A DNA stretch of 62,386 bases from Bilabrum cf. latius (taxonomy: Eukaryota): the NCBI GenBank assembly GCA_965178125.1, contig OZ237735.1:2790001-2852386 (forward strand), read 5' to 3'. Positions 26,197 to 40,426 of this stretch are shown piece after piece; the first letter of the stretch is position 1, and the number at the start of each line of letters is the position of its first letter. A program made the translations under genes and the position numbers. The notes beneath the pieces were generated by a model. The model was not told where the DNA came from and ran no database searches. It was given only the letters and a program-made list of their open reading frames with translations.

Positions 26197-26340
26197 AAAT
26201 CGTATTTTGTAAAGTGTGGTTTTGTTGCGAGCCGTTGTAGTTGCGAAACCCTTTCCATACTGGTGGCTACGACCGGCAGACAATGAGCGCTGCGCGATGG
26301 AAGCAGTGAGATGTATAGTTTATTGCCAAATTCTCTTTGA

Positions 26341-29300
26341 ATGCGAATGGATCGCCTGGGAATCGACCGATTTTGGCGACTGCCGGTACCGCCTTCCAGT
26401 CTTAAAACGCACGAATCTCGCAGGAAACAAGAGGTTTCAAAGAGCCTCAAAGTGGAATCGGTATCCAAAACGCCTGGTCTAATTGAAAGTGCCAACCCAG
26501 AAAGATTTTCGATTGCAGGCACAGCTGCAACTCCCGCAGAGCTTACTGGGTGAGCGCACGCACTGTTCCTGCCAAACTCCTAAATGGGCATCAAATCATC
26601 GCGACTAGTGAGGCTAATTTCTCTCATCATATTTGCAGTACGCATCCGGAAGAGCAGTCCCCTGTGACTTCGTTTCCTCACAAGAAACTGTCCTTTTCGG
26701 CTGCATTGAGCGCTGACACACCGGGCCCCAGCTCTCCAAGGACTGACCAGGTTAACGATCCGCTCGCAAGCGGGGTGAAGGTCATCAAGAGAAAGAGTGC
26801 AGTAGCTAGCGCTGCGACCTCCGCAACGGGTGCCCCTGGCGAGGATGCAATCGGGGGGGACCAGCGACTGCGCGTGTTTCTCCGAGTGCGGCCGCTGAGC
26901 GAGGACGAGCAGAAGAAGAACCCCGATGGGCCCGTGCTCGAAGTCCAGGACAAAGAAACTGTCGTGCTTCGGCCCCCGCCGGAAGCAGTAGCACAGAGCG
27001 ATGTCAATGAGTTCAAGTTCGACGGCGTGTTCGGCCCAGACGCCTCGTAGCAGAAGGTGTACCAGGGGGCGCTCAAGCGCACGGTGCAGTCGGCGCTGCA
27101 GAAGGGGACATCCGGTCTGCTGTTTTGCTACGGCATGACCAATGCCGGAAAGACGTTCACCGTCCAGGGAACAGACGCGCGCCCCGGCCTGCTCCCTCGC
27201 GCGCTGCACCACATCTTCAAGGGGGTCGGGCAGCTGCACAGCAAGCAGCAGCAGGCCGAAGAAGATGCGGCTGCTGCGGGAGAAGCCGTGTCCGCCGGAT
27301 CTGATGCAGCAGGTACCACCTGGTCGACGGAGGTGTCCTTCCTCGAGGTGCACAACGACAGGCTGTTCGACCTCCTGTCGGACCCGCTGGACCCGTCAAC
27401 GGGCATGCCCAGGCCCAGGGCGGCGCTCACTGCCAAAGAGGGCAGGGACGGGCGGGTGCACGTGCGGGGCCTCCGCAGCGTGGTGGTACCCAGCCTGCAG
27501 CGGGCACTGGAGGTGATGAAGCAAGGGGGCTCCAACCGGGCCATGGCGGAGACCATGCTCAACGCAGATTCGAGCCGGTCACACGCGGTGTTTATCGTGA
27601 GCATCTACAAGCACAGGGCCGGAACTGGCGGAGACGCGGGCGAGGATGAGTCCAGCGAGGACAGCAAGCTGGCAGCAGGCAAGGGAAGGCCCAAGCGGGG
27701 GACTCGCAAGCCCGCAGTGCCCACCGCGAGCACTGCTCATGCGAGCCCCAGCGTGGAGCTGTGGTCGAGAGTCTGCATCGTGGATCTCGCGGGAAGCGAG
27801 CGCCAGGCCAGGACCAAGGCGAGTGGGGCGCGTCTGAGGGAAGCTGGCCGCATCAACACGTCACTGATGCACCTGATGCGCTGCTTGGAGATCATGCGCC
27901 ACAACGCCAAGGCGCTTTCGAGCGGGCAGCCCGCGCCGAAGCTGCAGCACGTGCCGTTCCGAGCATCCAAGTTGACCCGGCTGTTGGCAGATTTCCTGGC
28001 AAGAGATGACGAAGACAGCAAGGGGCGCAGAGTCGGCGGTGGTGACGTGACGATGGTTGTGAACGCTTGCCCCAGCGCAGCCGATTACGACGAGACGCTG
28101 CACGCTCTCAAATACGCCGCAGTGGCCAGGGAGGTCAAGATGGGGGCGGCGGCCGCGGGGCAGCAAGACCATCGCGCGCATGTTAAGGAACAAGCGGCGG
28201 CAGCTGACCAGTATGACGAGCACGGCAGGAGGCGGGGAGCTGCACGCCGCAAGAGGGAGGAGCAGGCCGCCAAGGAGAAGCAGCGCAGGGCCAAGGCTGC
28301 GGCTGGCAACCACAAGGCCGCTGGCAGAGCTGGGAAGGGAGAAAGGCGCAGGGGTGGCGGTGGAGGCAAGGGGGGAGTGGCCAGCAGCGCCGTGAAGGGC
28401 GAGACTGATGCGGCCGACGACACCGGCACTGCGCACGGGCAGCCAGCCTCGGCTACTCAGCCCAGGGGCAGTCTGGCGCAGGGCGAGGCACCCGAGGCAG
28501 GGACCCCGGCGAGCAGAAGCATGCAAAGCATGCCCGGGTCTGCTGCAACTGCTGCCTCGCCCGCCGCATCGGTGATGGGCGAGCTGGCGGCGGTGCGAGC
28601 TGAAAACGAGGCGCTGCTGGCGGCGCTGGAGGAGTCCGAGGAGCGGGCGGCCCAGCTAGAGGCCGAGGTGCGGGAAGAGGTGAGCCGCGAGATGGAGCAG
28701 CGCATCCAGGAGATCCAGGCAGAGGTCCGAAGGGGCCAGGAGGACGCGGAGAAGAGGGCCGAGGACAGGCTGAGGCGCATGCTGGCCGTGCAGCAGGCGC
28801 GCACCACTGGGAGAGCTGTGAGGAGCCGCCGCAGGACCGCAAGCGAGGCAGGGGAACAGATGGAGGAGGTAGAGGATGACGACACGCGCCGTGTGAGCAG
28901 CGCAGACACTGCCTCCACCCGCGACTTGGGCGACACAACCGATGATGGGGAGGAGGAGGACGACGACGATTCCGTCGCGAGTCTAGAGGAGGAGGACGGG
29001 CATGGCGACACTGGGACGGTGCGGGCCAGTGCCCTGAAGAGCGCCATGCGAGGAGCCGCCATGGCAGAGGAGAGGAGGGCAGCCCGGCGGTCCTCCATGC
29101 TCTCAGCGCTGAGCGGGACGCTCGCCAAAGTGGCTGCGGACGTGGCGGACGGGCTTGCAAGCGCCTCTGCCTCCACCAAGAAGGGGAGGCGGCACCTGCA
29201 TGTGCCGAGGCGGTGCACTATTGGCACGCAGGCCACTCTGACTCCCGGTCGAGAGAGCGATGCGGACACGGCCGACCTGGAGGGCCCAGAGCGAGAGGTG

Positions 29301-31037
29301 AGGGAGCTGCGGCGGGCGGTGGCAGAGTGCGAGGCCGAAATGGAGCGCATGCGGCGGCGCTGGGAGGACGAGGTGAGCGAGTGGCAGGACAAGCTCGAGC
29401 AGGCGCACTTCGAGGCGGCCGAGCTGGAGCAGCTCAGGGCCACGGCAGAGACCAGGGCAGAGCAGCTAGAGCAACAGCTGCTCGGCGGCCCCGCGATTAC
29501 AGGTGCCCGAGCGCAGGGCAAGGGCACTCCGGTTGGGCAGAGCACAGGCTTCGCTCGTGCTGCCATGGTGCACACGGCGGGGGCAGCGCTGCAGGGGGGG
29601 AGGCCAGGCGTGATGGGCACGCTGCACAATTACCTCGGTCCTCGAGCGGCGGGCATGACGGGCATGCAGACCGTGGCCATGGCCCTGTCGTCCAGCCTGG
29701 GTCATGGCCAGGTGCCCGTTGGGAGCGGTGCCTCTGCCCGGTAGGGGACGCAGACACCCAGGGCGGGGTCCCCGGCGGGTGCATCCGTCGCCACGGGCCG
29801 CAGTGCCGTGGTCGTGAACTCCACGGTGTTCGGATCGCCCGCTGCAGCCATGGCCGTGCTGCGCGGGGAGGGTGTGGAGGTGGACTCGCCTGACCAGCAA
29901 GAAGAGGAGCACGAGCACGAGCAGAATTGTGACGATGCGGCCAGCCAGGATGCTGGCGAGGACGGCGGCGACGAGGTGTCGGTCAGCGATCAGGCTACGG
30001 TAGAGGCAACGGACGAGGATGGCGCACCCTCTGGCGCAGAGCAAGACCTTGCTTCGGCTGCAGCCGCCCCGGCTGATGATGCCGAAGCAGACAGCGAGGA
30101 AGATGCAGGCAGCGAGGACGATGCTTCCGAGACTGAATTGGACTCTAGATCTGAGGCAGGGTCGTGCATTGGTGCTGACCAGGATGCCATGAATAGCGAA
30201 TCTGCAGCAGGAGCGGCAGCATCAGCATCACCTGCGGGGTCTGAGGGCGGCGAGAGCGGAGTGGAGGAAGAGGGCCGTAATGATGGTGGCGAGCCAGAGG
30301 GTGCAGGTGAGCAAGATGACTCATCTGGTAGCGAGGATGAGGATGAGGATGGGGAGGCTTACGAGGAGGAGGAAGATGACGAGGAGGCCTACGAAGACGA
30401 GGAAGCGAGCGATGCCTCTCCCCGCAAGCAGCAAGTGGCTGTCCCCACCAGGCCAGCTCGAGCTGCCCGCAGAGCGAGGAAGCCCACGTATGCGGACCGA
30501 CCTAGGCCCAAGGGGCGAGGGCGAGCTGGGGCCGGAGCTGGGGTGCGGGGCACTGGTCTTGCGATGCCAGATTCTGAGAGCGACGAGGAGGAGGAGGGGG
30601 AGGAGGAGGATATGACGCAACCGGCGGGCAGGGGCAGGGGCAAGGGCAAGGGTTTCCGTCAGCGCGCAGCAGGTGTGCTGCAGCGCCATGCCGAAGAAGA
30701 TGCCGAAGAGCAAGATCAAGAGGGGTTCGTTGATGGCCAGCTGGATGAATCCGATGCTGGGGCTGGTCAAGAGGACGATGCGGACGAGGAGAGAGAGGAT
30801 GACTCGGGGGATGAAGAGGAGGAGGAGGAGGAAGAAGACTATGAAGAGGAGGATTCCGATGTGGAAATCGTGGAGAATGGTGCTGATAGCGATGCCATGG
30901 ATCGCAAACCTTTGGCTGAGGTGAGAGGGGGAAGGCCAGCAGGGGCTGCTGCAGAGGGAAAGCCTGCTGTGGCACAGGCGGGCGGAGCTGCTGGGCCGAC
31001 TCCAATTGCCGCACGGGTGAGAAGGCGACGCCGCTGA
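26341..31037 (+). CDS. Kinesin, probably kinesin-6 (MKLP/KIF20-23-like); intron 26550-26638; TAG at 27048, 29742
   Basis: LRVFLRVRP, FKFDGVFGPDAS*QKVY, GLLFCYGMTNAGKTFT, NADSSRSH, VDLAGSER and VPFRASKLTRLL, followed by a coiled-coil and an acidic tail. Confidence 0.9.
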
Positions 31038-31483
31038 TTGGAAGAAGTATCGAATGTCTGTCGACTGGATAACGCTTAATCCCTAGTTTGAATCTCGCAC
31101 GCTGCCCACTGGCAGTCACCAGAGCAGCAGTTCAGTGCACCAATCTCAGCTTGAGAATTTGCTTGCAACACAGACAAAGCAGTTCGCAGCATACATATAT
31201 AGCACATGAGCCTTGTAGTGCAGCATGGATCAAAGCGCCTTCGCGTTGGAGTGAAGCCTGAACAAAGCCTGGTGAGCTGTTGGAAGCTTGGCGTATCGCT
31301 TGGAACCCTAGCACGGCAGTTGAATCACCTGCCATGAAAGACTGACGTAGGATTTTTTCGCAGGGAGATATTGTATCTATTGTATGTGATCGAGAAGGAC
31401 TTAAAGTAAGCCACCATCATTAAGATGTTGAGCATTTCACGGAGTTCGTATCAACAGTTTGATTCGAACTCCGCCTACAAAAC

Positions 31484-33739
31484 ATGTGTCATGCCGTCTT
31501 GTCGTCGCAGGCAGAGATGTGGACCCTGCACATGCGTGGTGACCCCAAACCTTTAGATCTGAAGCCAGCATTTGGCTCCCTTGGTATCCCAGGTGGAAGT
31601 ACGTTGGTGCTCGAACGCGCTGCAAGCGCTGGTGTTGATGCGAAGGGTGCAATTGGATCATCAGTCATCGCGGAAGAGCCCGAGCCGCACGTTGATGGTA
31701 GTGAACCCGGAAGGGCGGAAACCTCTAAGCAGAGCGAGCCCGGTGCTGGCAGTCGCAGGCCAGCTCCCTCGGATGCTTCGGCCAAAGTCCGCGTGGGGCT
31801 CGACACGGGAGATGGAAGGCTCGCCGGTATCTTTAGCCCAGACACGTCGTTGCTTGCTATGCTGCTAGCTTTGCAGGCTGCCGCTGACGAGGAAACCACA
31901 TTCGGTGCCCTGAGTCGAGAGGCGCTCCAGTCCGACAACGTGTCCGTGGAGGTCTTCAGGCGCCGCTTCCTCGGCTCCACGCTGGACGTCGTGTCCCTGC
32001 AAGCGGCCGGCGCAGGGCCTGGTGAGAAAGTTAGAGTGCGGTTGCGCGTGCAGTCTACAGCTAGGTCCGGCCTGGCACCGCCGGCGATGCCGTCACAGGC
32101 AGAGGCTGCCCCACAACCCCAACCACATCCATTGGCAGCAGCCCAACCGCCAGAGCAGCCGCCGCAGCCGCGTACGACCGATCCGGCCGTATCCGCCGTA
32201 TCCAGTGCGCCAGTGTCCTCGCCTGCTGCAGCCCCCACGGCCTCGTCAGCCAAGCGCGCCATCTCGGACCTGCGCGCGCTGCTCTTCGACGAGGACACTC
32301 GGGCATGTCTGCGCACCGTTGTGGCCGTGCTGGACAACGCCAGGAAATGGCCCAATGACCCCGTGAAACGATGCCTGCGCCTCAGCAACCCAGCAGTGCA
32401 GCGCAAGATCGGGGCACATCCCCCGGCTATGCATTTGTTGCAAGCCGCTGGCTTTCGCGTGGTCGGCACCGAGACGGACCCTGAGGGGCGAAGGCTCGTG
32501 CTGGAGGTTGGGGCTAGCCATGGGGGAGCAGAGCTCGATGCAGCTAGAAAGGAAGCTGCTGACACCCTTAGGGAATTAGGGGCTCCCGTGGGACCCCCGC
32601 CCGAGCCAAGACAGGCGCCAGGGCCTACTGGCGGGTCGGCAGCGATGGCAGCAGCACAGGTACCAGCAGTGTCCTTCGATCCGTTCAAGCCACAGCTCAC
32701 TCGACTGGCCCCGCAAGCCACTAGAGATGGTGTTTCAAAGGGCACTGTGCAGTTGCAGGATGGGCAGGCCGGTGGGGAACCAGTCGCGGCTTCGAGCAGG
32801 GCAGGGGCGGGAGCAGGGGCAGGGGCAGGGGCGGGGGCGGGACCGAGCGGTACATCGGCTGGCAGCGGGGACTTACTCGCCGCCGTGGAGCAGCGCGCCG
32901 AGAAACTGCGACTCGAGCGCGAGGCGCTGGTGCCAGCGTCCATGGAGGGCATGCGTGGTGTGCAGGTCGTGTAGAGGGGCGGCGGGAAAAGTGCAGGTGC
33001 GGGGGGCTCGACCAGGCTGGCGACGGCGGGGTCGGCTGCATACCTGACCGAGAGGGCTGCTCGTGCTGCTTTGAAGGCGCGGCGAGCGGGCAGCAGCAGC
33101 AGCGTGCTTGCGACTCTCAAGAGGAAGCGGGTGCAGAGGGAGCGGGCGAGCCAGCTGCGGCTGAGGGCAGACCGCGAGATGGAGCAGCTGGCGACCGGGC
33201 CCGTGTTCCGATGGGCCGTGGTGAGCGTGCTGCTGCCAGGCACTGGCGGAAAGGAGGTAGAAGGTCGGTTCAGCCCGCGCGAGACGGTGGGTCAGATCAG
33301 GGCGATGGTGTCGCAGTGCCTGCACCCCGCTGCGCAAGCAGCTACCTTTGAGCTGTTCTCAGTCATCCCGAGGAGGTCCTACGGAAACAGCGAGACGGTG
33401 CTGGAGGCAGGGCTGCTGCCTGCCGCCAAGCTCCGGGTCCGTTTCCCGGGTGGTGCTCCTGGTCTGCCGGAGGGGGAGGGACTCGTGAGGGATTCCATCC
33501 CGGGGACAGGCGGTGTGGAGACGGACCCGAATGCCGGCGTGGTGCCGCTGGACGCAGATGTTGGTAGGCTCCCCGGTGGTGGGTTCGTGATCATTGGGGC
33601 TGCAGAGGACGGTGGGCGGGGCGAAGGGAGCAGTGCAGGGGAGGACGCAGGCGAGGTTGCTGCCAGTGGCGCGGCACGAGGTGGGGCAGGTGCCAGCGGC
33701 GGGAGCTTGCGAGTGCCGAAATGGCTCAAGCCCGGCTGA
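31484..33739 (+). CDS. p97/VCP cofactor with PUB and UBX domains (TUG/ASPSCR1- or UBXN6-like); 5' end uncertain; TAG at 32972
   Basis: PUB: LDNARKWPNDPVKRCLRLSNPAVQRKI...LLQAAGF. UBX: VEGRFSPRETV...FELF...TVLEAGLLPAA. C-terminal VPKWLK. Confidence 0.8.
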
Positions 33740-33829
33740 ATGGCGAGATACTTTTGCTTTTTGGCAATGTTTGAGTATTGCTGGTAGTTTGGGCATTACT
33801 AGCCGGATTCCGGATCCGCACAAGAGCTT

Positions 33830-34679
33830 TCACTCAATCTCGCCGTCTTCCCTGGTTCCTGCAGCTGGACCTCCAGACAGCGCTACCATCTTTCTCGCTG
33901 ATTCTTGCGCCATTTTTCTCGTCAAATCGTTCTGGATGGCTGGTTTCCACAGCACGGGTGGCAATCCGCGACTGGATGATGCTGCGGGCCCACTCAAATG
34001 CTAGCCTCCAGCAACTAACCAACCACTTTTGACTATTCCTTGCTGCAGCGCATTATGCTTTGAAGATATTGCAACGATAGCTCTTTCTCGCACGGCACTA
34101 GCACCGCGCAGCAGAGCAGCCTGAGCCTCAAGTTTGGCTGCCCGCGCATCAGAACGCAATTGCTCCTATCGGCGGGCTTGGGCTTCACCTTCTCCCCGTT
34201 CTATTTCTTCTTGATTATGCTGTAAAGCGCGTGCCTCCATCCTTTCTCGTCGTTGTAGCTTCTCCTTGTCTCTAGATATTTCCTTTCGTGCCAGCGAAAG
34301 GTGGCCGGCAAGAACCCCGAGCATCCCTCGTCTACGCTTTCTTTTCGGCACTTGTGCCTCGCCTGCTGTTCCACTGCTATCATCAGCTTCCTGTTTTGCG
34401 TCTCCAGATATTTGTGCGGCTGCAACCTCGCCTCCAAGGATCTGTTTCGCAATTACACCGCCCAGCGTGCCTTCCCGCGGCAGAGCCTTGGTTTCCTTGC
34501 TTGCAGACAGTTCAACAACTGCCACATCCGGCCCAGCTGCATTATGTGATACCTAAAGTGTGTTGGACCGGGACTGCTACAATCGTTTACTTCCTAGAGA
34601 CGGCTCTGCGGCCGCCGATCCGGTCAATTGATGGGCCACATGCTCAAGTTGCTACAGTTTTAGATCATACTGGCGACAT
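33830..34679 (-). CDS. Pinin/SDK-domain-like protein; 5' exon uncertain; TAG at 34166, 34001
   Basis: KRRRGMLGVLAGHL..ARKE, a charged helix, PPVLWKP and terminal REDGEIE-TGA, all in one frame across two TAGs. Confidence 0.6.
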
Positions 34680-34862
34680 CGATCCCTAAATTCGTCCAAG
34701 ACGTCGTTCATTTGACCTGTGTTGCACTACGGCGGCACGCCTATATTTGAAATAGCACGTTATCTAGACGCAGCGACCACTTCTCGAGCGGGATCATGGG
34801 CTGGTTGTCCCCACTGGGAATTATTTGGGGAAAAGATTTCTTGAATTTATTGTTATAGTATC

Positions 34863-37800
34863 ATGCCTTCAAAATCGAGGCCTTCGAAGCAGCGAGCGCA
34901 CGTAACCAGGGCATGTGTGAGGGAAGAATCCAGTGGAATAACTATGTTGGCAGCGGCTCAGATGCAATCGATCCTTCTGCTGAATACTCGTGCGCCCTCC
35001 GGTCGCAGGATACGTGCCGCAAACGACGGGCAAAATGCAATGGGGCAAACCCATGCGCTGGTTGCTCAAAACTTGGTGTAGACTGTACGTACTCTGCTCC
35101 GTCGAAGAAGCGAGGGCCTAAGCCAGGGTCAATAAAGAGCATGAGGGAGGAGTTCCAGGCCATGCTTGCAAGACTTACGGAACTAACAGAAGAAAACAGA
35201 CAGCTTAGGCTTGCTGCCATGGCGAACTCTGCCGGTCCAATGACGGGTCCAGCGGTCGCTGCAACTGACGGTCTTGCAACACTTTCTCATGTAGCTGGCG
35301 TTGCAAGCAGCCAAAGCTCTGCTGCAAAATGGATCCAAGGGCCAGATAGCGCTGCCCGAGCCGCTGCAGAGTCGGCAACTACCAAGCCAGCCCCATCTCA
35401 CGGATCAGCTGGGCTGAGCCTCTACGGGGCCGAGCAAGCCACCAACATGGCCGACTAGGCAACCTAGGCCAACAGAGACTCTGCACCACAGTCCAAAGCG
35501 CAGCAGGTTGCTTCCTCCCGATCTGGTGCTGGGGAGCAAGGCCGCCCGGGAGAATCGCGGACCTCCGGCAACACCCCCGGGCAGAAGTGGAACACGGAGG
35601 GGCTGCGAGTGGGGGGGGACTCAGCCGAGTCAGCCAAGCTGCAGGCCGCCCTTCGGGGCCGAGAGGATGCAAGTAGCCCCGAAGTACCCCCGCCGCTGCA
35701 CCCTCCACCCCCAATGCACCACACGAAGCTGCCCTCTGGTGGAGTCCGCATGATGGGTCCCCAGAACCTCATGACTGCCCGCCTGCCCATCGCCTCCATC
35801 GCGTCAGGGCCCATGCGGGAGCGGGTGGGCGCGCGCCACGGGAGCATGAAGCTGGGGGCCGCTGTGGATGACCTTCGTGTCGCGGGTCGATCGGGAGAGC
35901 CTGTGCTGGCGGGTGCTGGTGCGGGTGCGGGTGCGGGTGCTGGTGCTGGTGCGGGTGCTGGTGCTGGTGCTGGTGCTGGTGCTGGTGCCGATGACAGCAC
36001 GGAGGAGAGGGTAGGGAAGCGAAGGAGGCTGGAGGAGGGCCCTGCGACGGTGTAGCAGAACCAGCAGTCGCTTCGTCTTGTGGACATTCCGCCAGACTGG
36101 CTGCTGGTTCTGCTGCGGGCCTATCTCCGGCACGTGCAGGGAACGGCCTCGCTGAACCTGACCTGCGCCGGTTCCCTCGCCCGTGCCGTCAAGGTGCTGG
36201 ACCAGAAGGGGGCCTTCACGCCACTGCCGCGCCGCATCTCCGACGACCTTCCCGGCCGGAGCAAGCTGCTCGGTATACCTGTCGCAGGCCCTGCTGGGCG
36301 TGGGCAGGCACCTATCCCCAAGTCACAGATGCAGAGAAATGGTGTCTAGATCAAAGCAACAGACGGTCCAGACTCGAGCCAGCCTGCTGCCAGCAGCTCT
36401 CGGCAGCCGAGCATGGACCCGGGCCAGGACTCCCGCAGTCCGACTGGCGAAGACCCGCTGCCCCCACTCGCCGTCTCGGTGTCTGTGCCGGTACGCTCCC
36501 CCATGGCTGGCCGGAAGCGACAGCGCGCGGAGGCTGCCTCCACCACCTCCGGGGGGTCTGCCGGACCATCGTCATCGCCATCAGTTGCTTCAGATGCAAT
36601 GCATGATCTGCTGGAAGAAGACATGACCTTCTCTCTCCTCCGAATGATGGAGCCGGCTGGTGGGCTGCCGCTAGACGAGGCATTCGGCGTGGGCGAGCAG
36701 CCCCTCTCCGACGATGAACAGGATTCGCCGTCGGGTGTGCAGCCAGGCGTGGTGTTCTCGCAGCCAGACATGCGACCTTAGCACTTGAGAGGGCATCCAG
36801 ATGCTGCTGAGGCCGGTGTGCCTTGGCCCCGCACATACAGAGCTGTGGCTAGCTGGCTGTAGCAATACCACGCGTGCGGTGGGCGTATTGTGCAGCGCCC
36901 GTTGCGGCTGAGCTCCTTCGGGCCGTCAGCGGAGCTTGTTGGTGCAGGTGCTACAATCTATGCGGCTTGCGCTTCGGGTGCCCGGGCGTGCGGCTGCGGC
37001 TCGCTGGGAGACGCGCTGCTGCTGCGGGCGCGAGCACTGATGTCACGCATCATGGATGGACCCTCCGAATTCGGCCACATTGCGTGCTCCATCCTGTCCA
37101 ACTATTGCTGCATGGTCATGGATTTGGCGCGAGCTGGTGTGTATGGGGTGCTCGCTTGGCGGCAGGCGGCATATTTAGGGTTGCATCCCGGCGATGGCAG
37201 TCGTGGGAGTGCCACTCTGTTTACGCGGCAGATGTCCTGCATTGATATGCCGACTTTGATGCCGCGATCACTACCCTCCTACAAAGACGTAGTCAAGTAC
37301 TGGCAGGAAGGTGCGGGTAGGGATGTGGAGGAGGGCGACCAGCAGTGGAGCCAATACAGGGTGCTGGCTCCAGGTGCAAGAAGCGGCAGCGAAGCAGAGG
37401 CAGCAGTTTCTAGGGCAGACAAGCCTCTGTGGCGAATCACGTCTGCGGAAGTCGGGGCGGGACAAGTGCAAGCCATTCGATACGGGCACATCGAAAGTCC
37501 AGATGGAACGGCTGGGGAAGGTGGAGACGACGATGCCTCCGTGGATTCCTCGCTTCCCAGGCCCCCCGCCCGCCCTAGCAGCCTTGAAGCTGGAGGCCCG
37601 ACTGGTCCCGATCACATGCCGAGCTGGTAGCCTGACAATGGCAGCATACCCGAAAATAGGAGTGTTGGCTTGAGTAGCATCGGAGGCGGTAGCTGGGCGA
37701 CGAATCACCTCGGGGGCCTTGCAGCAGATGCAGCTAGTGTGAGGGGAGAGGAGCCGGGCGAGGCTCCTGAGGGCCTTCTCGACAGAGATGGTGCCGAGTC

Positions 37801-40426
37801 ATCCTCTGCGTCAATGAATGGCACGAGAGAGGATGCGCTTGCTCGAAAGATGCGGATTCAGCGGTTCGTGCCTGCCGTTGCGCTGGCAAGAGGACCGTCC
37901 GGGTGGACTACGAATGGCCGTGTGGCAGAGCTCTGGGGCTTCATCCTGAGCAAGCTCATGCACAACTTGGGGGGATACCTGCGCCCCGAATCGTGGGAAG
38001 CGATTTATCAGTGCACTGCAGAGCTCGAGAAGATCTCGAATCACGAGGGCGAGCGCAGGCTGATCGAGATGCACGGCGAGACCCCCTCCATGCTGGCGCT
38101 GCTGCATGCCACCTGCTGCATCGTGCACGCGAGGCACTGGAATGTAGAGAGAGCAATTGTGTATGGAGTGCGAGCTGCCACGCTAATTGCTCGCGAAAGC
38201 GCACAAAATGCTCTCGTGACACCTGCGGGTGCTTTCTTGTATCGTCATGTGTGCGTATTCCTTCGCCAACGAGAAGCGGACGGATGGAGCATCCCAGCTC
38301 CGCAGCAGCTGTGGGTGGACGCATCCGACAAGAAGAAAGGATTTGATGCGGCTGCATTCCCTGCCATGCAGTTCTATGCGCCTTCTAGTGCTTCTTCATC
38401 GAATGCAAGTCGCAGCCAGGATGATTCGCTCTGGTACGAGACCCCGCTGTTTGTAAGCAGCATGTACTCAGCTCGCGTGTGGCCCATGGCTGCCAGGATG
38501 CTCTCAGGGCTCGTGCAGGAGTATGATGCCCGCGGGTGGACAGTGCCTGCATTCTTGCTTGAGACGAGAGCCGGCAGCACGCCGTGCACCAAGAGCTCAT
38601 CCCTTCTAGCTCCAGTGCGAGCTGTTTTGCATGCCGCGGACGAGTCGGCGGACTCGCTTCGGGCGGCTGCCATTTGCGACTTAATCGCAGGCGCCGACGG
38701 ACAAGTCCGAGATGCTGACTCGGCTCCGCCTCTTGATGCCTCCTCAAGAGTCAACTGTGCCCATACGGGTGCGCGCCGGAGGCGGCGAGTAGCTGCACTT
38801 GTGCACCTGGCACCACCCATCGCGGCGAGGGTTGGCATCCGGCTCCCTTGGGCTCCGCATGTCGATACATTCGTCTACCCCGGTGCCGGTATGCTAAAGC
38901 GGCTTGTTGTGCAGTCGTTGGCCAAGAGTGGTACGTCAAGGGGAGCTTCATCAAGAGTAGCGCAGCAGGCATCAGATAGAACCGACGTTGCGCCGCTCGA
39001 AGGCATCAAAGCGCGGGCAGCCAAGGCTAGTGAGGCGCAGGCCACAGTAGCCATCGCCTTGTAGCCAGAGACTGCCTCTGCACCTGCGTACATCGACGAA
39101 GGGCATGCAGAAGCCCTAAAATCTGCTGTAAAGGACGCGCAGATTTCACCGAGCTCTACGCAAAAATCGCACTAGGCCGTAGAGCATTTGAAGTCCAAGG
39201 TCCCTTAGCTTATGAAGGTGTTCGATCCAAATCACCTGGACGTGATTCGCCCGAACAACCCCGATAAGTCCGGTCCTGCAGATGCTAGCAGTGCGGCGGC
39301 CCGTGCACCGGCCACACAGGAGGAGCATCCGCACATGGTCCAAGTCGCAGTCATGGCCCGGTTCCTTTCCAAGTGGGCCAGGAGCTCTGAGGTGCTTGGG
39401 CCACTGGCAGATCATTGTGGCAGCGGTAGCAGCAACTCTCGGGGCGGGTCAGCCCAGATAAACGTAGATCTGCTGAAGTCTGGGCCTGAAGCGCTACTGC
39501 CAAGGGAGGCCACTGTAGCAGCCACGTCCACTGTATCGGGCGATTCTGCAGAGCGAGGAAAGGCCTCTCTCGGATCCACGGGAGCAGCCACCTCGAGATC
39601 GGGAGACGGCTCTGCGCATGAATCTATGCAGGCTGCCCCTCCTTCCCCTGCTGAGGCGTAGTAGTTTGCCTCGCAAGCGGCGCTCGCGGCAGCGCGGACC
39701 GGAGCAGTTGTTGGCATTTCTCTGCCTCCCGCGGTAGCAGGCACTGCACCTGAACGCAACGGAGTTTGGGCTAATTTGCACCTCCATGTGGCGGATGGTA
39801 GCCCCCGGCCATCTGCCACAGACGGATAGGTACCGCTGAGCCGAATCCCCGGTGGAAAGCAAGCGGGCGGCAACAGCAGCCTGTACGGGCCGCCAGCATC
39901 TGTCGATAACGGCAGCGTGGCTAGCAGCTGGCAGGCAGGGCATCGTCCAACTGGCTTTCACGGCGGGTACAGCCAAGGGGTGCAGGGAGCTTTCTCGGTT
40001 GCAATGCCCGGAGGGATGCAGACGGGTGGCATGCTGGCTGTTGCACCCCCTGGCACGCCACACATGCTTGCCAGAGCTGGATCCATGACTGGCATGCCGA
40101 GCCGAGCGATGAGTATCCCCAGTAGCATTGTAATCAGCTAGGATGCAGTTGAAACGCGAGGAAGCAGTGGTGAGATGTCCCAGGTCGGCGGTGAGAGCCG
40201 AGGACCGCAGGGTGGTCAGCTGGCAAGGGCTGGGGCGGGCGCACCCCCAGGCACTGACGCACGGCACCGCCCGAGCAGCCCAGCAGGTACAGAGGTATCG
40301 TCTGTGTCGTCGTCGATGGCTCTGCTGGCGCACGCAGCGTCTATCTCTGGGTCCATCGACTCGGGGGGGACGGGGTGGACGAGGAGCAGGCGCCGGAAGC
40401 GATCGACTGGCAGGTCGAATCGGTGA
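34863..40426 (+). CDS. Zn(II)2Cys6 (GAL4-type) transcription factor, ~1820 aa (intron 34917-35008)
   Basis: Splicing yields RAC|DTCRKRRAKCNGANPCAGCSKLGVDCTY....KKRGPK plus a coiled-coil. The 5.4-kb second exon has 14 in-frame TAG and no TAA/TGA until 40424. Confidence 0.85.
35911..35988 (+). repeat. (GGTGCN)n hexamer repeat encoding poly(Gly-Ala) within the Zn2Cys6 gene
   Basis: About 13 copies of GGTGCT/GGTGCG, read directly from the sequence. Confidence 0.9.

Noticed and set aside
31489-33243. Long antisense ORFs (e.g. 584 aa here, 390 aa at 28457-29629, 315 aa at 16324-17271)
   Set aside because: These are shadow frames of GC-rich coding sequence opposite recognisable genes.
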